From the NCBI RefSeq assembly GCF_009914755.1, contig NC_060939.1: a DNA stretch of 64,000 nucleotides; one strand, written 5' to 3'. Origin of the DNA: the human T2T-CHM13v2.0 reference genome, Homo sapiens. The notes under the pieces were generated by a model. It saw nothing but the letters and a program-made list of their open reading frames with translations. It did no database searches and had not been told where the DNA came from. The translations under genes and the position numbers were made by a program. Shown piece by piece: positions 11,705-24,530 of this stretch. Position 1 is the stretch's first letter; each line of letters opens with the position of its first letter.

Positions 11705-14700
11705 CTCTAGCATTCTTTTGGTTTTATACAGATATCCAGTTGATTCACCACCATTTGTTGAAAAAATGTTTTCTTTCCTAAATAAATTGCTTTGCCACTG
11801 TGGTTTAAAATCAGTTGTATATTTAAATAACACATAACACATCGACAGAGTCTATTTCTGGACTCTCTCTTCTGTTCCCTTAATCTATATCTATCTTTTG
11901 CCAGGACCACAGTCTTGATTACTATAACTTTGTAGTAGGTCAGGAAATCAGGTAAGTGCTCCAAAAGTTGTCCTTTTGGGGAAAAAAATGCTTTAGTTAT
12001 TTGAATTTAGTCCTTTGAATGTCTACATAAATTGTGTAATTAGCTTGTCATTCTCTGCAGAAAAACCTAGTTCAATTTTTATTACAATTGCACTTAAATC
12101 TGTAAGTCAATGTGGGAAGAACTGCACACTAAACAACACTGAGTCTTCTTATCTATGGACAGACTATATCTCTTCATTAGATCTTTAGATCTTTTACAAA
12201 AATTTCTTTTCAAAATATCTCGGTAATTTTTGGTATAGGAATCTTGAGCATACTTTTTTTTTAAGGTTTATTCCTAGGTTTCTTAGGGTTTTGGTATCAT
12301 TATAAATGCAATTGTTCCTTAAATATTTTCCAATTATGCGCTAGAATATGAGAATATATTGATTTTTGGATACTGATCTTGTATCTTCTGACCTTGCTAA
12401 ATTTATATATTAGTGCTGGTAGTACTGGATTTTTTGTAGACCACTTGAGATTTTCTACATAAACAATCATATAGCCTACAAACAAGAACAGTTTTACTTC
12501 TCTCATTTTCATTTTTCTGTGCTTTATTTCTTTATATTGTCATATTACAAGAACTAGGCCCTTCAGTACATTGACTGTTGAACGGAAAAGGTGACTGCCT
12601 TGCTGCCAGTCTCATGGAAAAATAATTAAGTTTTTCGCCATGAAGTATAAGGTTGGCTCTAGGTTTTTCAAAAATGCCTTTCATCAGTTTGAGAATTCAT
12701 GGTTTGCTCTCTAATGCTTTTTCTGCATTTATTGAAATGATCATATGGTTTTTCTCCTGCAATCTGTTAATATGGAAAATTATACTAATTATTGAATGTT
12801 AAATCAACCTTGGATTTCTGGAATAAACTTTTTTTGGTTATGCTGTACTATTTTATATACCATAGCATTTGATTTGATATCTTGTTTGGATCTATGTGAG
12901 TGGGAGATGGTGATCTGTAATTTTCTTTTCACATAATACGTTTGTCTTAATATCAGGGTAATACTAGACCTACAAAATAAGTGGGGAACTGTCCTCCACC
13001 TCCATTATTTTCTGAAAGAGATTTATAGGATTGGTATTATTTCTTACTCAATGTTTGAGAAAATTAAACAGGGAAGCCATTTGTGTTTGGACTTTTCCTT
13101 CTGTAAATAATTTTAATTACTAATTCAGCTGCTTTATTGATATAACTCTATTTTGATTTTCTATTAAAACGAGTCTATTTTGGTAAGTTGTATTTTTTAA
13201 GGAACTATTCCATTTCATGTAGGTTGTTGACTGTGTTGGTATAAATTTGTTAATAGATTCTCTTATTTTTTTTAATTCCTGTAGGGTTTGTGTTTGGTCA
13301 CCTCTCTTTTCTTGATGATATTGGTGATGTGTGTTCAATTGTTTCTTTTCAAAGAACCAGCTTTTTGGCTTAGTAGGTTTTTTTCTGCTTTGTCTGTTTC
13401 CTACTTTGTTGATTCTGATCTTATGGTTATTAGTTTCTTCTTCCTATGTATTTTAGTTTTACTTTCCATTCCAGCTTCTTAGAGTAGAACATTAGATTAG
13501 ATAATTTTAGATCTTTCTTATTTTCTGTTGTATTTCATCTACAAGTTTCCCTCTAAGCTAACTTTAGGTGCACTCAAAAATTTTTTATATATTTTCATCA
13601 ACATTTTGCTTTGTAATATTATCTTATTCCCTTGTGATTTCATTTTTGACTCATGATTTAACTAGAAGTGTATCATTGACTTTCCAGACATTGAGGTTTT
13701 CCTAGACTGCTATTGATTTCTAACTTAAATTTGTTGTGGTCAGAGTATATAATCCTTATGATGTAATATTATAATCTTGGTGAATTGACCGTGCACGCAT
13801 GACAAGATTGAATTCTGTGGTTGTTGGATATAGTGTTCTACAAATGTCAATTGAATCAACGTGGTTGATAATGTTATTCATAGCTTCTATGGCTTTCCTG
13901 ATTTTTTTTTGTCTAGGTGTTCTATCAATTTCTGAAGAGTGATAAAATCTTCTTCTATGATTGTGGAATTGTCTATTTTGTTTTACTTTAGTGAATCAAT
14001 TGCATCTTGAGTATTTACCAGGGACATTTATAATTGTTATATCTTCCTTATAATCTGTCCCATTTATTATTATTAAATGTCCCTCATTATTTCCAATTAC
14101 ATTATGTGCACTGAAGTTTATTCTATGCCACTTTGGCCTTTTATGCTTATTACCTGCATGCTATGTATTTTTCCATTCATTTACTTTCAACATATCTCTA
14201 TGCTTAATTTAAAAGCATGTCCCATATCATTGCTCAGCCTTTCAGCTAAGATCAAGGGTAAAAGTATGTCTCTTAAGAGCAGCATATATTAGAGCCTTAC
14301 TTCCTTATCTGCTTTCTCAATATTTTCCTGTTAATGGGAATGTTTGCAGTTAACACAATTATTGATATAGCTGCATTCAGGTCAACAAAATTATTTATTT
14401 TCTGTTTGTCTCTTTTTTTATTCATTTCTGTGCCCATTTTTTGCTTTCCTTTGGGTTACTTGAATATTGTATTTTCATCAGTTGGCTTTTAATAATATTA
14501 TTATTAAGTATTAAATATTAATATTTTAATTAATTTTTAATTATATTTTAGTACTTACTCCGTGAATTAAAATATACATACATAACTTCTCTACAAAGTT
14601 TTATTGCATCAAGTGAAATATACAAGCCTTGAAATGATATAGGTCACTTTACCTCTCCCCTTTCCTCTTATGGTATAGTTGTCATACATATTACATCTAT

Positions 14701-15340
14701 ATACATTAAAACTCCCACCAGACAATATTATAATTTATACTTTCAACCATCAAACCTATTTTGAAGAACGTAAGAGGGAAAAACGTTATCTTTTACACTT
14801 ACCTACTATTTACCATTTCTGCTGTTCTTCATCCCTAAAGATCTAATTTCTCTGTAGTATCATTTTGCTTCATCCTGCAGAAATTCCATTAACATGTCTT
14901 ATAGAGCAGGTCTGCTGGAAATGAATTCCAGTCATTTCCTCCATCTGAGAATGTCTCTCTTTTTTGCTTTTATTCCTGAAGGATTATTTTGCTGGATAGA
15001 GAATTCTGGCTTAAAAGTTCTTTTCTTTCAGCACTTAAAGAAGGTGCTCCACTATCTACTTGCCTCCAGGATTTCTGATCAGAAATTTGCAGTCATTCAA
15101 ATCATAGTCCCTTGCATGTAATGTATCACTCTTCTCTCACTGTTTTTGAGACATTTTCCTTATTTTTAGTTTTCAGCACTATGATTATGATGTGTCTAGG
15201 CATGTTTTCCTTTATTTCATCCTGTGTTTTCACTGAATTTTGTGAAATTGTAAATGTGTCTTTGCAAAGATTGACAATTCTGTCATTACCTCTTCAAATA
15301 TCTTTTTCTCTTAATCTCTTGCTCCTCTGAAACTATAATT
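11705..15340 (-). mobile_element. Old L1M fragments (ORF2/ORF1)
   Basis: Degenerate ORF2 peptides (REVKLFLF..MIVYVENL, YYKVIVIKTV). Confidence 0.8.
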
Positions 15341-18300
15341 GTTTTTAATATTTCAAAATATTTATTCTTTTTTAAATTTTATTTTAAGTCCCGGGACACA
15401 TGTGCAGGAAGTATAGGTTTATTACATAGGTAAATGTGTGCCATGGTAGTTTGCTGCACCTATCAACTCATCACGTAGGTATTAAGCCCCACATGCATTA
15501 GCTATTTATCTGATGTTCTCCCTCCCCCTTTTCCCCCTTGACAGGATCCAGTGTGGGTTGTTCCCCTCCCTCTATCCATTGTTCTCTTCGTTCGGCTCCC
15601 ACTTATAAATGAGAACATGCAGAGCTTGGTTTTCTGTTCCTGTGCTAACTTGCCGAGGATAACAGCTTCCAGCTCCATCATGTCCCTTAAAAGGACATGA
15701 CCTTGTTCCTTTTTATGGCTGCAGAGTATTGCATGTTGTATATGTACCACATTTTCTTTATCCAGGCTATCATTGTAGGGCATTTGGGATGATTCCATGT
15801 CTTTGCTATTGTGAATAGTGCTGCAGTGAACATATAAGTGCATGTATCTTTATAGCAGAATGATTTATATTCCTTTGGGTATATACCCAGCAATGGAATT
15901 GCTGGGTCAAATGGTATTTTGGGCCCTAGGTCTCTGAGGAATCACCACACTGTCTTCCACAATCGTTGAACTAATTTAGATTTACACCAACAGTGTAAAA
16001 GCATTCCTATTTCTCCATAGCCTCACCAGCATCTGTTGTTTCTTGACTTTTAAATAATTGCCATTCTGACTGATGTGTGATCTCATTGTGGTTTTGCTTT
16101 GCATTTCTTTAACGATTAGTGATGTTGAGATTTTTTTCTTAAGTTTGTTGGTTGCATAAATGTCTTCTTTTGAGAAGTGTCTGTTCATGTCCTTTGCCCA
16201 ATTTTTAATGTGGTTGTTGGTTTTTTTATTGTAAATTTGTTTAAGTTCCTTGTAGATTCTGGATATTAGACCTTTGTCAGATAGATAGAGTGCAAAAATT
16301 TTCTCCCATTCTGTAGGTTGTCTGCTCATTCTGATGTTAGTTTCTTTTGCTGTGCAGAAGTTCTTTAGTTTAATTAGATCCCATTCGTCAATTTTTGCTT
16401 TTGTTGCAATTGCTTTTTACATTTTTGTCATGAAATCTATGTTTGTGCCTATGTCCTGAATGGTATTGCCTAGATTTTCTTCTAGGATTTGTAAAATTTT
16501 GGGTTTTATATTTAAGTCTTTAATCCATCTTGAGTTAATTTTTGTATAAGGTGTAAGGAAAGGGTTCAGTTTCAATTTTCTGCATGTGGCTGGCCAGTTT
16601 TCCCAGCACCATTTATTAAATAGGGAATCCTATCCCCATTGCTTGTTTTTGTCAGGTTTGCTGAAGATCAGATGGTTGTAGATGTGCGGTCTTATTTCTG
16701 AGATCTCTATTCTGTTCCATTGGTCTATGTGTCTGTTTTTGTGCCAGTACCATGCTGTTTTGGTTACTGTAGCCTGGTGGTATAGTTTGAAATTGGGCGG
16801 CATGATGCTGCCAGCTTTGTTCTTTTTGCTTAGGATTATCTTGGCTATATGCACTCGTTTTTGATTCCATTTTAATTTTAAAGTAGTTTTTTTTCCAATT
16901 CTGTGAAGAATGTCAATGGTAGTTTAATGGGAATAGCATTGAATCTATAAATTACTTTGGACAGTATGGCCATTTTCACAATATTGATTCTTCTTCCTAT
17001 CCATGAACATGGTATGTTTTTCCATTTCTTTGTGTCCTCTTTGTTTTCCTTGAGCAGTGAATTTGTAGTTCTCCTTAAAGAAGTCCTTCACTTCCCTTGT
17101 TAGCTGTATTCCTAGGTTTTTTATTCTCTTTGTAGCAATTGTGAATGGGAGTTCACTTATGATTTCACTCTCTGCTTGTGTATTGTTGGTGTATAGGAAT
17201 GCCTGTGATTCTTGCACATTGTTTTTGTATCCTGAGACTTTGCTGAAGTTGTTTATCAGCTAAAGGAGCTTTTGGACTGAGAGGATGGGGTTTTCTAGAC
17301 ATAGGATCATGTCATCTGCAAACAGAGACAGTTTGACTTCCTCTCTTCCTATTTGAATACACCTTTCTTTCTCTTGCCTGATTGCCCTGGCCAGAACTTC
17401 CAATACTATGTTGAATAGGAGTGGTGAGAGAGTGCATCCTTGTCTTATGTCAGTTTTCAATGGGAATGCTTCCAGCTTTTGCCCCTTGTCTAGTATGATA
17501 CTGGCTGTGGGTTTGTCATAAATGATTCTTATTATTTTGAGGTACAGTTCCATCAATACCTAGTTTATTGAGAGTTTTTAACATGAAAGGACGTTGAATT
17601 TTATCAAAGGCCTTTTTTGTGTCTATTGAGATAATCATGTGGTTTTTATCTTTAGTTCTATTTATGTGATGGATTACATTTATTGATTTGAGTAGGTTGA
17701 ACCAGCCTTTCACCTGAAGGACGAAGCCGACTTGATCGTGGTGGATAAGCTTTTTGATGTGCTGCTGGATTCAATTTGCCTGTATTTTATTGAGGATTTT
17801 TGCATCAGTTTTCATCAGGGATATTGGCCTGAAGTTTTCTTTTTTTGTTGTTGTAACTCTGCCAGGTTTTGGTATCAGGATGATGCTGGCCTCATAAAAT
17901 TAGTTAGGGAGAAGTCCCTCCTTTTCAATTGTTTGGAATTGTTTCAGAAGAAATGGTACCAGCTCCTCTTTGTACCTCTGGTAGAATTCAGCTATAAATC
18001 CTCTTATCCTGGGCTTTTTATTATGGGTAGGCTGTTAAATATTCATTACTGCCTCAATTTCAGAACTTGCTATTGGTCTATTCAGGGATTCAACTTCTTC
18101 CAGGTTCAGTCCTGGGAGGGTGTATGTGTCCAGGAATTTATCCATTTCTTCTAGATTTTCTAGTTTATTTGCATAGAGATGTTTATAGTATTCTCTGATG
18201 GTTGTTTGTATTTCTGTGGGGTCAGTGGTGATATCCTCTTTATCATTTTTTTATTGTGTCTATTTGATTCTTCTCTCTTTTCTTCTTTACTAGTCTAGTT

Positions 18301-18710
18301 AGCAGTCTACCTGTCCTATTGATTCTTTCAAAATACCAACTCCTAGATTCATTGATTATTTGAAGGGCTTTTCATGTCTCTAGCTCCTTCGGCTTCACTC
18401 TGATCTTGGTTATTTATTGTCTTCTGCTAGCTTTAGGGTTTGTTTGCTCTTGGTTCTCTAGTTATTTTAGTTGTGATCTTAGGGTGTCGATATGACATCT
18501 TTCTAGCTTTCTGATGTGGGCATTTGGTGCTGTAAATTCCCCTCTTACCACTGCTTTAGCTGCATCCCAGAGGTTTTCTTTGTTCTCTTTGGTTTCAAAG
18601 AACTTCTTGATTTCTGCCTTGATTTCATTATTTACCCAGGAGTCATTCAGGAGAAGGTTGTTCAATTTCCATGTAGTTGTGTGGTTTTGAGTGAGTTTCT
18701 TATTCTTCAG
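15341..18710 (-). mobile_element. L1PA, 5'-truncated
   Basis: ORF2 RT and C-terminal peptides ([37 protein letters not shown]) plus 3'UTR. Degenerate TSD tgaaact..aatt at 15328-15340 and 18711-18723. Confidence 0.95.
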
Positions 18711-18723
18711 TGAAACTCCAATT

Positions 18724-19900
18724 TTTGGTCGTGTTCCACAGCTGCATGAGCTCTGGCAATGTAAAAAAATTTTCTCTAAGTTCTTTAGATTGGATAATTT
18801 ACACTGATCTATTTCAGTTCACTAACTCTTTGCTCTGTCATAGTCACTCCACTACTGAACCCATCAAGCAACTCTTTTTTATTTAAGGTGTTGTAGTTTC
18901 ATTTCTAACCTTTGTATTAGATTTTCTGGTAAATTCCTATTCTCCCCTGAGAACTCCCAACCTTTCATTCATTTCAAGTGCATTTTCTTTACCTCATTGA
19001 TCATAGTTATAAAAGCTACTTTAAATTCTTTGGTCATTTCAATATCTGGGTCCTCTTAGGTTTGCTATCTGTTGACTGTCATTTTCCCTTGGAAATTTAT
19101 TACATTTTTTTCTTATTCTTTGTACATCGAGTCCTTTGGTACTGTCTCCTGGATACTGTCAATGTTAAAATATGTAAACTCTGGATTCTGTTTTAATCTT
19201 CTGGAGATTATTATTTTTTTTTACTTATAAACTAATTGGCTTCTGACCACAATTTCTGTCACACTTTCTAAGGGAAGTGGTTCAAATTCAAATTTCCTGT
19301 GATCATATTGGCCTGTATCACACGTGTATCATCCAGTAGCCAGCCACATGCTTGTGCAGATGGTTCAAATCTCAGTTCGGTTCTCTAAGCCTTGCCATCT
19401 TGCTTCATGCCTGTCTAGCACATACACCATTCAAGAGTTAGTCAGATACCTGTATGGATGGTTCTAACCTCAGCCAGTCATCAGTCAGTCCTCTGGGCCT
19501 TTGCTGGGCTGGTTTGAGTCTGTCCCCAGATGGTGTTGTTCTGAAATTAGGCTGAGGCTAGTGCAAGTTCATGAACAGAACTGGGGGGCTTCTTTGGCTC
19601 TCTCTTCTGGTTTTCCCCCACACTCCCTGGCCTGCAGGTGCTGCTCTCTCTGACTCCTCTGGGCCAAAAGATGGGGTTGCTACAGGATTACTAGCTACCT
19701 ATGCCACCATGCCACTACATGATGAAGACTGGCTCTAGGGAGAAATCCAGGAGAGAAGAAAACAGGAAAACCACCCCGAGAGGGTCCCTTCTCCAGGTTT
19801 TAACATTCTCCACAATCTACCTGTTTATATTTTTCAGAGTCCATATGTAGTTGATTTTTGTCCAGTTTTCATTGTAATCAGAGGGAGGCGTGAGCTTTAG
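18724..19900 (-). mobile_element. Old L1M ORF1/5' remnant (host of the L1PA)
   Basis: Continues the L1M sequence that is interrupted at ~15340. Confidence 0.6.
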
Positions 19901-20592
19901 TAGGTTTACACGCCCTTAGCAGATTGGAATTCAACATTCTCTCTCATTATGACACCCGGTTAAAACACTCTTTTCTTGCCAATATCTAAAATTTTAAAAT
20001 AAATTAAGTCGGCTACTGTTCCTGTGTCCAATCCTCCCCAACTGACCACCTAGAGTCCTGGGACCTCACGCCCCCTGCGGATCCCTCATCAGGGCGAGGG
20101 AGATCAACGAGCATCACACAACTCTGGATAAGGAGGAAAGGGCGCAGGGCTGCCTGCCTTCAGCCGGCATTTGAGAACCTGAACAGTCTCCATGACCATC
20201 AGGTGTACCATGGCAGAGGTACAAGCAGGCTGATATATCTCAGAAGTCAGGTAGACAGTCCCTGGGATCTCTGGGCTTCCTTTTATTGGATGCCCTGCAG
20301 CCTGCGTTTCTGTGCTGATGCTTCTGCTCATGATGTCCTGTCTCATTTTAAAATCATCTTCATCAAAATCTGACCTGAGCAAAAAGAAAAATCTGATTTT
20401 TTTGAACCTCTAAAATATATTGAAAGTTCTTACATGTTTAACAGCTGACATATTTAGCAATTTTCACAAGCATTTCAAATATATTATAATTGAATTATTT
20501 TAAATGAACTTGACTTATTATCTTTGGAGAATGTCAGAGCAAGGTTAGAAAGACTATCAAAATTAGTAAAAACTCATTATAAATCATCGTTA

Positions 20593-20936
<344 letters not shown>

Positions 20937-22254
20937 TCAATTTTCCTCCAAAATTATGCATGCATCTTCCCAGTAAACTTACTAATGATTCTGTTTGCAA
21001 GGCAGCACTTCCTTAAAGACTCAGATACAAGATAAAGTAAGTTAAATGACCCTCATGTTTATATGCCTGGCAGAAAAGCTAGGTGACCACTCTCGTTCTA
21101 AAAATAAACTTCTTGTTATGTTGTTCATTCACATTGGAATCAGAGATCCATTTAAAATCATCTGTAATTTAAAAACTAATCCTATTTTTGTATTCCATGA
21201 AAAAGAGATATTAGAAGTGACTTGAATCATTATTGAAAAGCACTAAATAAAGGGAAGAAAATAAAATTTATTTTGGGGGGATTTTGATAGTGATACGTAT
21301 TTTTTTGTTTAGTTTCATTTCTGTGTTCTCATTTGTTTAGTTTTACTGCTAAGGGAGTATTTTCTCTTTCTGCTGTTTATTTCCCCAAAGGCAAGAAGAA
21401 TGAGTTATTGTGTCGGTGAACTTAGAGACTGCACAGATCGGTGGCCACTCTGCCTCTGTGGGGTAGAGCACATGAGGACAACCGTGCCCTTCACCAGCAT
21501 TCCTATGATGAAGCTTTACAGTGAATGAACTTTCTTTCACTCTTTTACATTATGTCATTTCTCAGATCTTAACATTTCTCAAGACAGTTAAGAATATAAA
21601 AGCTACATGACTTATGTTATAAGCCCTATAGTTTATGAGGAAAGGTAACTAATATTGAAAAATAACATACACCAGAAATGACAGTTAGCCAGGAAGAACT
21701 TGGAAGGCAGCAGGGAAGCCTGATTTAGGATTTGGCAAGAGTTATCAACTATTAACATGAAATTATTATATGCAACCTATAAATTAGAGCCTTTATCCTG
21801 CCTATTATCAGCACTATTCTTACTTTCAATGACAGAGTCTTGGCATGGCTAAAGATGTCCCACTGGCAGAGACACAAATAAATCCAGACCCATGGGAAGG
21901 CTTTCCAAACCCCCTTCACACCCAAAGGAGGAAATGAACACACAGGCATGAACAGGCCTGCATGGAGAATTCATCACTTAGGAACCAAGAAATCCCCAAA
22001 GCTTCCTAACACTGCTGAGAAATAACAAAGTTATCTTTTTCTCTTTCTTCTCAGCTTAAGAAATCTGATTAAATATCCTCACAAGAAGCCTTCTTAGGTG
22101 AATCCATGTGAGAACCACTCTCCTCACAGAACCTGTGAAAATTATGATGAATGACTATTACACCACTTGATATATGGTTTGATTTCTAAATATAAGTACA
22201 CGTATTTCAAAAACGTGCAGTCCTCATGAGCCAGCATCCCATATTGCTTAGTCT

Positions 22255-22790
22255 CCATTCACTCCTTTATTTGTTTGATGTGCTTACTATGTGGCAGCAC
22301 TGTCAGGACCACCCAGGATGCCACAGTGACCAAGATAGACACACATTTGCTGATCTCCTGGAGCTTATATTCTGGTGAAGGGAGACAGAGAAAAAGTTTA
22401 TATATTCATATATTTGCCACAGATATATATTAGAGCATTATTACAATGTGTCATAGGTAATAATCTGTTGGAAGAAAAGGAACACAGGAAAGTAGTCAGC
22501 AATGATGGAAGAACTCCTTCCGCAGGGCCAGGGAAGGCTGCCCTGAGGATGGATATTTGAGGAGACTCTAGAGAGGTGAACCACCACCAGCATGCTTGGG
22601 AAGAGCATCCCACGTAGAGGTGACAAGTACAAATGCACATTCACCTAGCAAGAAGGCCACCGTGTCTGGGGTCCAGCCCCCTGAGGCAGGAAATTATATG
22701 TAAATGGCAGCTGCAGCCAGGTCATTTGTGGCTTTGTAAGTCATGGTTGAGGCTCTGGATTTTATTCCAAGTGAAAGAAGGACAACATGC
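22255..22790 (-). mobile_element. L2 3' remnant
   Basis: cattca...cttactatgtggcagcactg...ctcctggagcttatattctggtg pattern. Confidence 0.7.
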
Positions 22791-23409
22791 TGCTATCAAA
22801 AGCACCAAAAGATCCAAGCAGCCCTTCAGGTCTAACTTTTCAACATCACAAGGAAAAAGAGGAAGCAGTGTCTCATTCAAGGTTCTCAAACCAAACGGCC
22901 GCTGAGAAGCCAATAAAGTTCCTTAATCTCTAGCAGAACCCTAAAATGCATGGCAACTCTTGTTTTATTCCTACTATTTATAATGGCAGGTTTAAATATG
23001 ATTTAGTATATTTTTAAGCCAAAAATTAAGAGAATGCAACTATTATTTATAACTTCAAAACACTGAAAAACAAGATGCAAAGAAACTTTAACAATATACA
23101 ACATCAGCACATGGGAAGAGGAAGTATCAAGGAAATACAATATAGCGAATATAAGGCATAACAGCAAATATTTTAAAGTTAGGTCCAATTATATGTTCTC
23201 TACTAGAAACAAATTAAAAACAAAATGACAGAGATTAAAAATAAACAAATGGGCAATTCCAAGGAACTTCCAGTCCAGACAAAATGATATAGACCCCAAA
23301 CTCCCTGCTTACTCCTGCCAAGCACACCTATAAACCCTGGGAATAAAGCAAGAGGCAACTAAAGGAGAATTCGGAAAGGTGGTAAGAGGAGAGGAAACTG
23401 TTTGGGATC

Positions 23410-23776
23410 TGATATGGTTTGCCTCTGTGTCCCCACCCAAATCTCATCTGGTAGCTCCCATAATTCTCATGTGTTGTGGGAGGGACCTGGTGGGAGATAA
23501 TTGAATCATGGGGGGCTGCTCTTTCCCAGCTGTTCTCATGACAGTGAATAAGTCTCACGAGACCTGATGGTTTTAAAACGGGAGTTTCCCTGCACAAGAT
23601 CTCTCTCTCTGCCTGCCGCCATCCATGTAAGATGTGACTTGCTCTTCCTTGCCTTCTGCCATGATCGTGAGGCCTCCCCAGCCATGTTGACCTGTAAGTC
23701 CATTAAACCTCTTTCCTTTGTAAATTGCCCAGTCTGGGGTATGTCTTTATTAGCAGCATGAAAATGGACTAATACA
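23410..23776 (+). mobile_element. THE1 (MaLR) solo LTR
   Basis: tgatatggtttg...ggactaataca with TSD ggatc/ggagc. Confidence 0.92.
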
Positions 23777-24530
23777 GGAGCCCAGGAAAATGGGAACAGC
23801 ACAGCTGCAGGGAGTATTTCATCCCTCAAAATCAGCATTTCCAGACCAACTCCCAATATAGCAAGAGAAGACAGCTAGGTGGGCTTGTTCCTCCCTTGGA
23901 TGAAAATATATCAGGGGAACATGCCCCCCTGGCAAGTAAGATTAATAAAAGCCCTGCCAGCAAAGGTAACCATGGGGGGCACCCCATCCCCTACAAAGAG
24001 ATACCAGTGACTGGACAGAACCTGAGGAGGGACCCCACTACACCTCACACCTGGGATCTCAGGCCAAGAGACACCCAGGTCAAGAGCCATGTGCTATGGT
24101 ATTCTACTGGGAGACCTGTAAGTCCACTAAACCTCTTTTTTTTTTTTTTTTTTGTAAATTGCCCAGTCTAGGGTATGTCTTTATCAGCAGCATGAAAATG
24201 GACTAATACAGGAGCCCGGGAAAATGGGAACAGCACAGCTGCAGGGTGCATTTTGTCCCTCAAAATCAGCATTTCCAGACCAACTCCCAACATAGCAAGA
24301 GAAGACAGCTAGGTGGGCTTGTTCCTCCCTTGGATGAAACAATACCAGGGGAACATGTCCCCCTGTCAAGTAAGATTAATAAAAGCTCTGCCAGCAAAGG
24401 TAACCATGGGGGGCACCCCATCCCCTACAAAGAGATATGTGGTGAGTGGACAGAACCTGAGGAGGGACCCCACTACACCTCACACCTGGGATCTCAGGCC
24501 AAGAGACACCCAGGTCAAGAGCCATGTGCT
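23689..24530 (+). repeat. ~410 bp tandem duplication (23689-24095 and 24113-24530)
   Basis: Two near-identical copies separated by a 17 bp filler. Confidence 0.93.
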
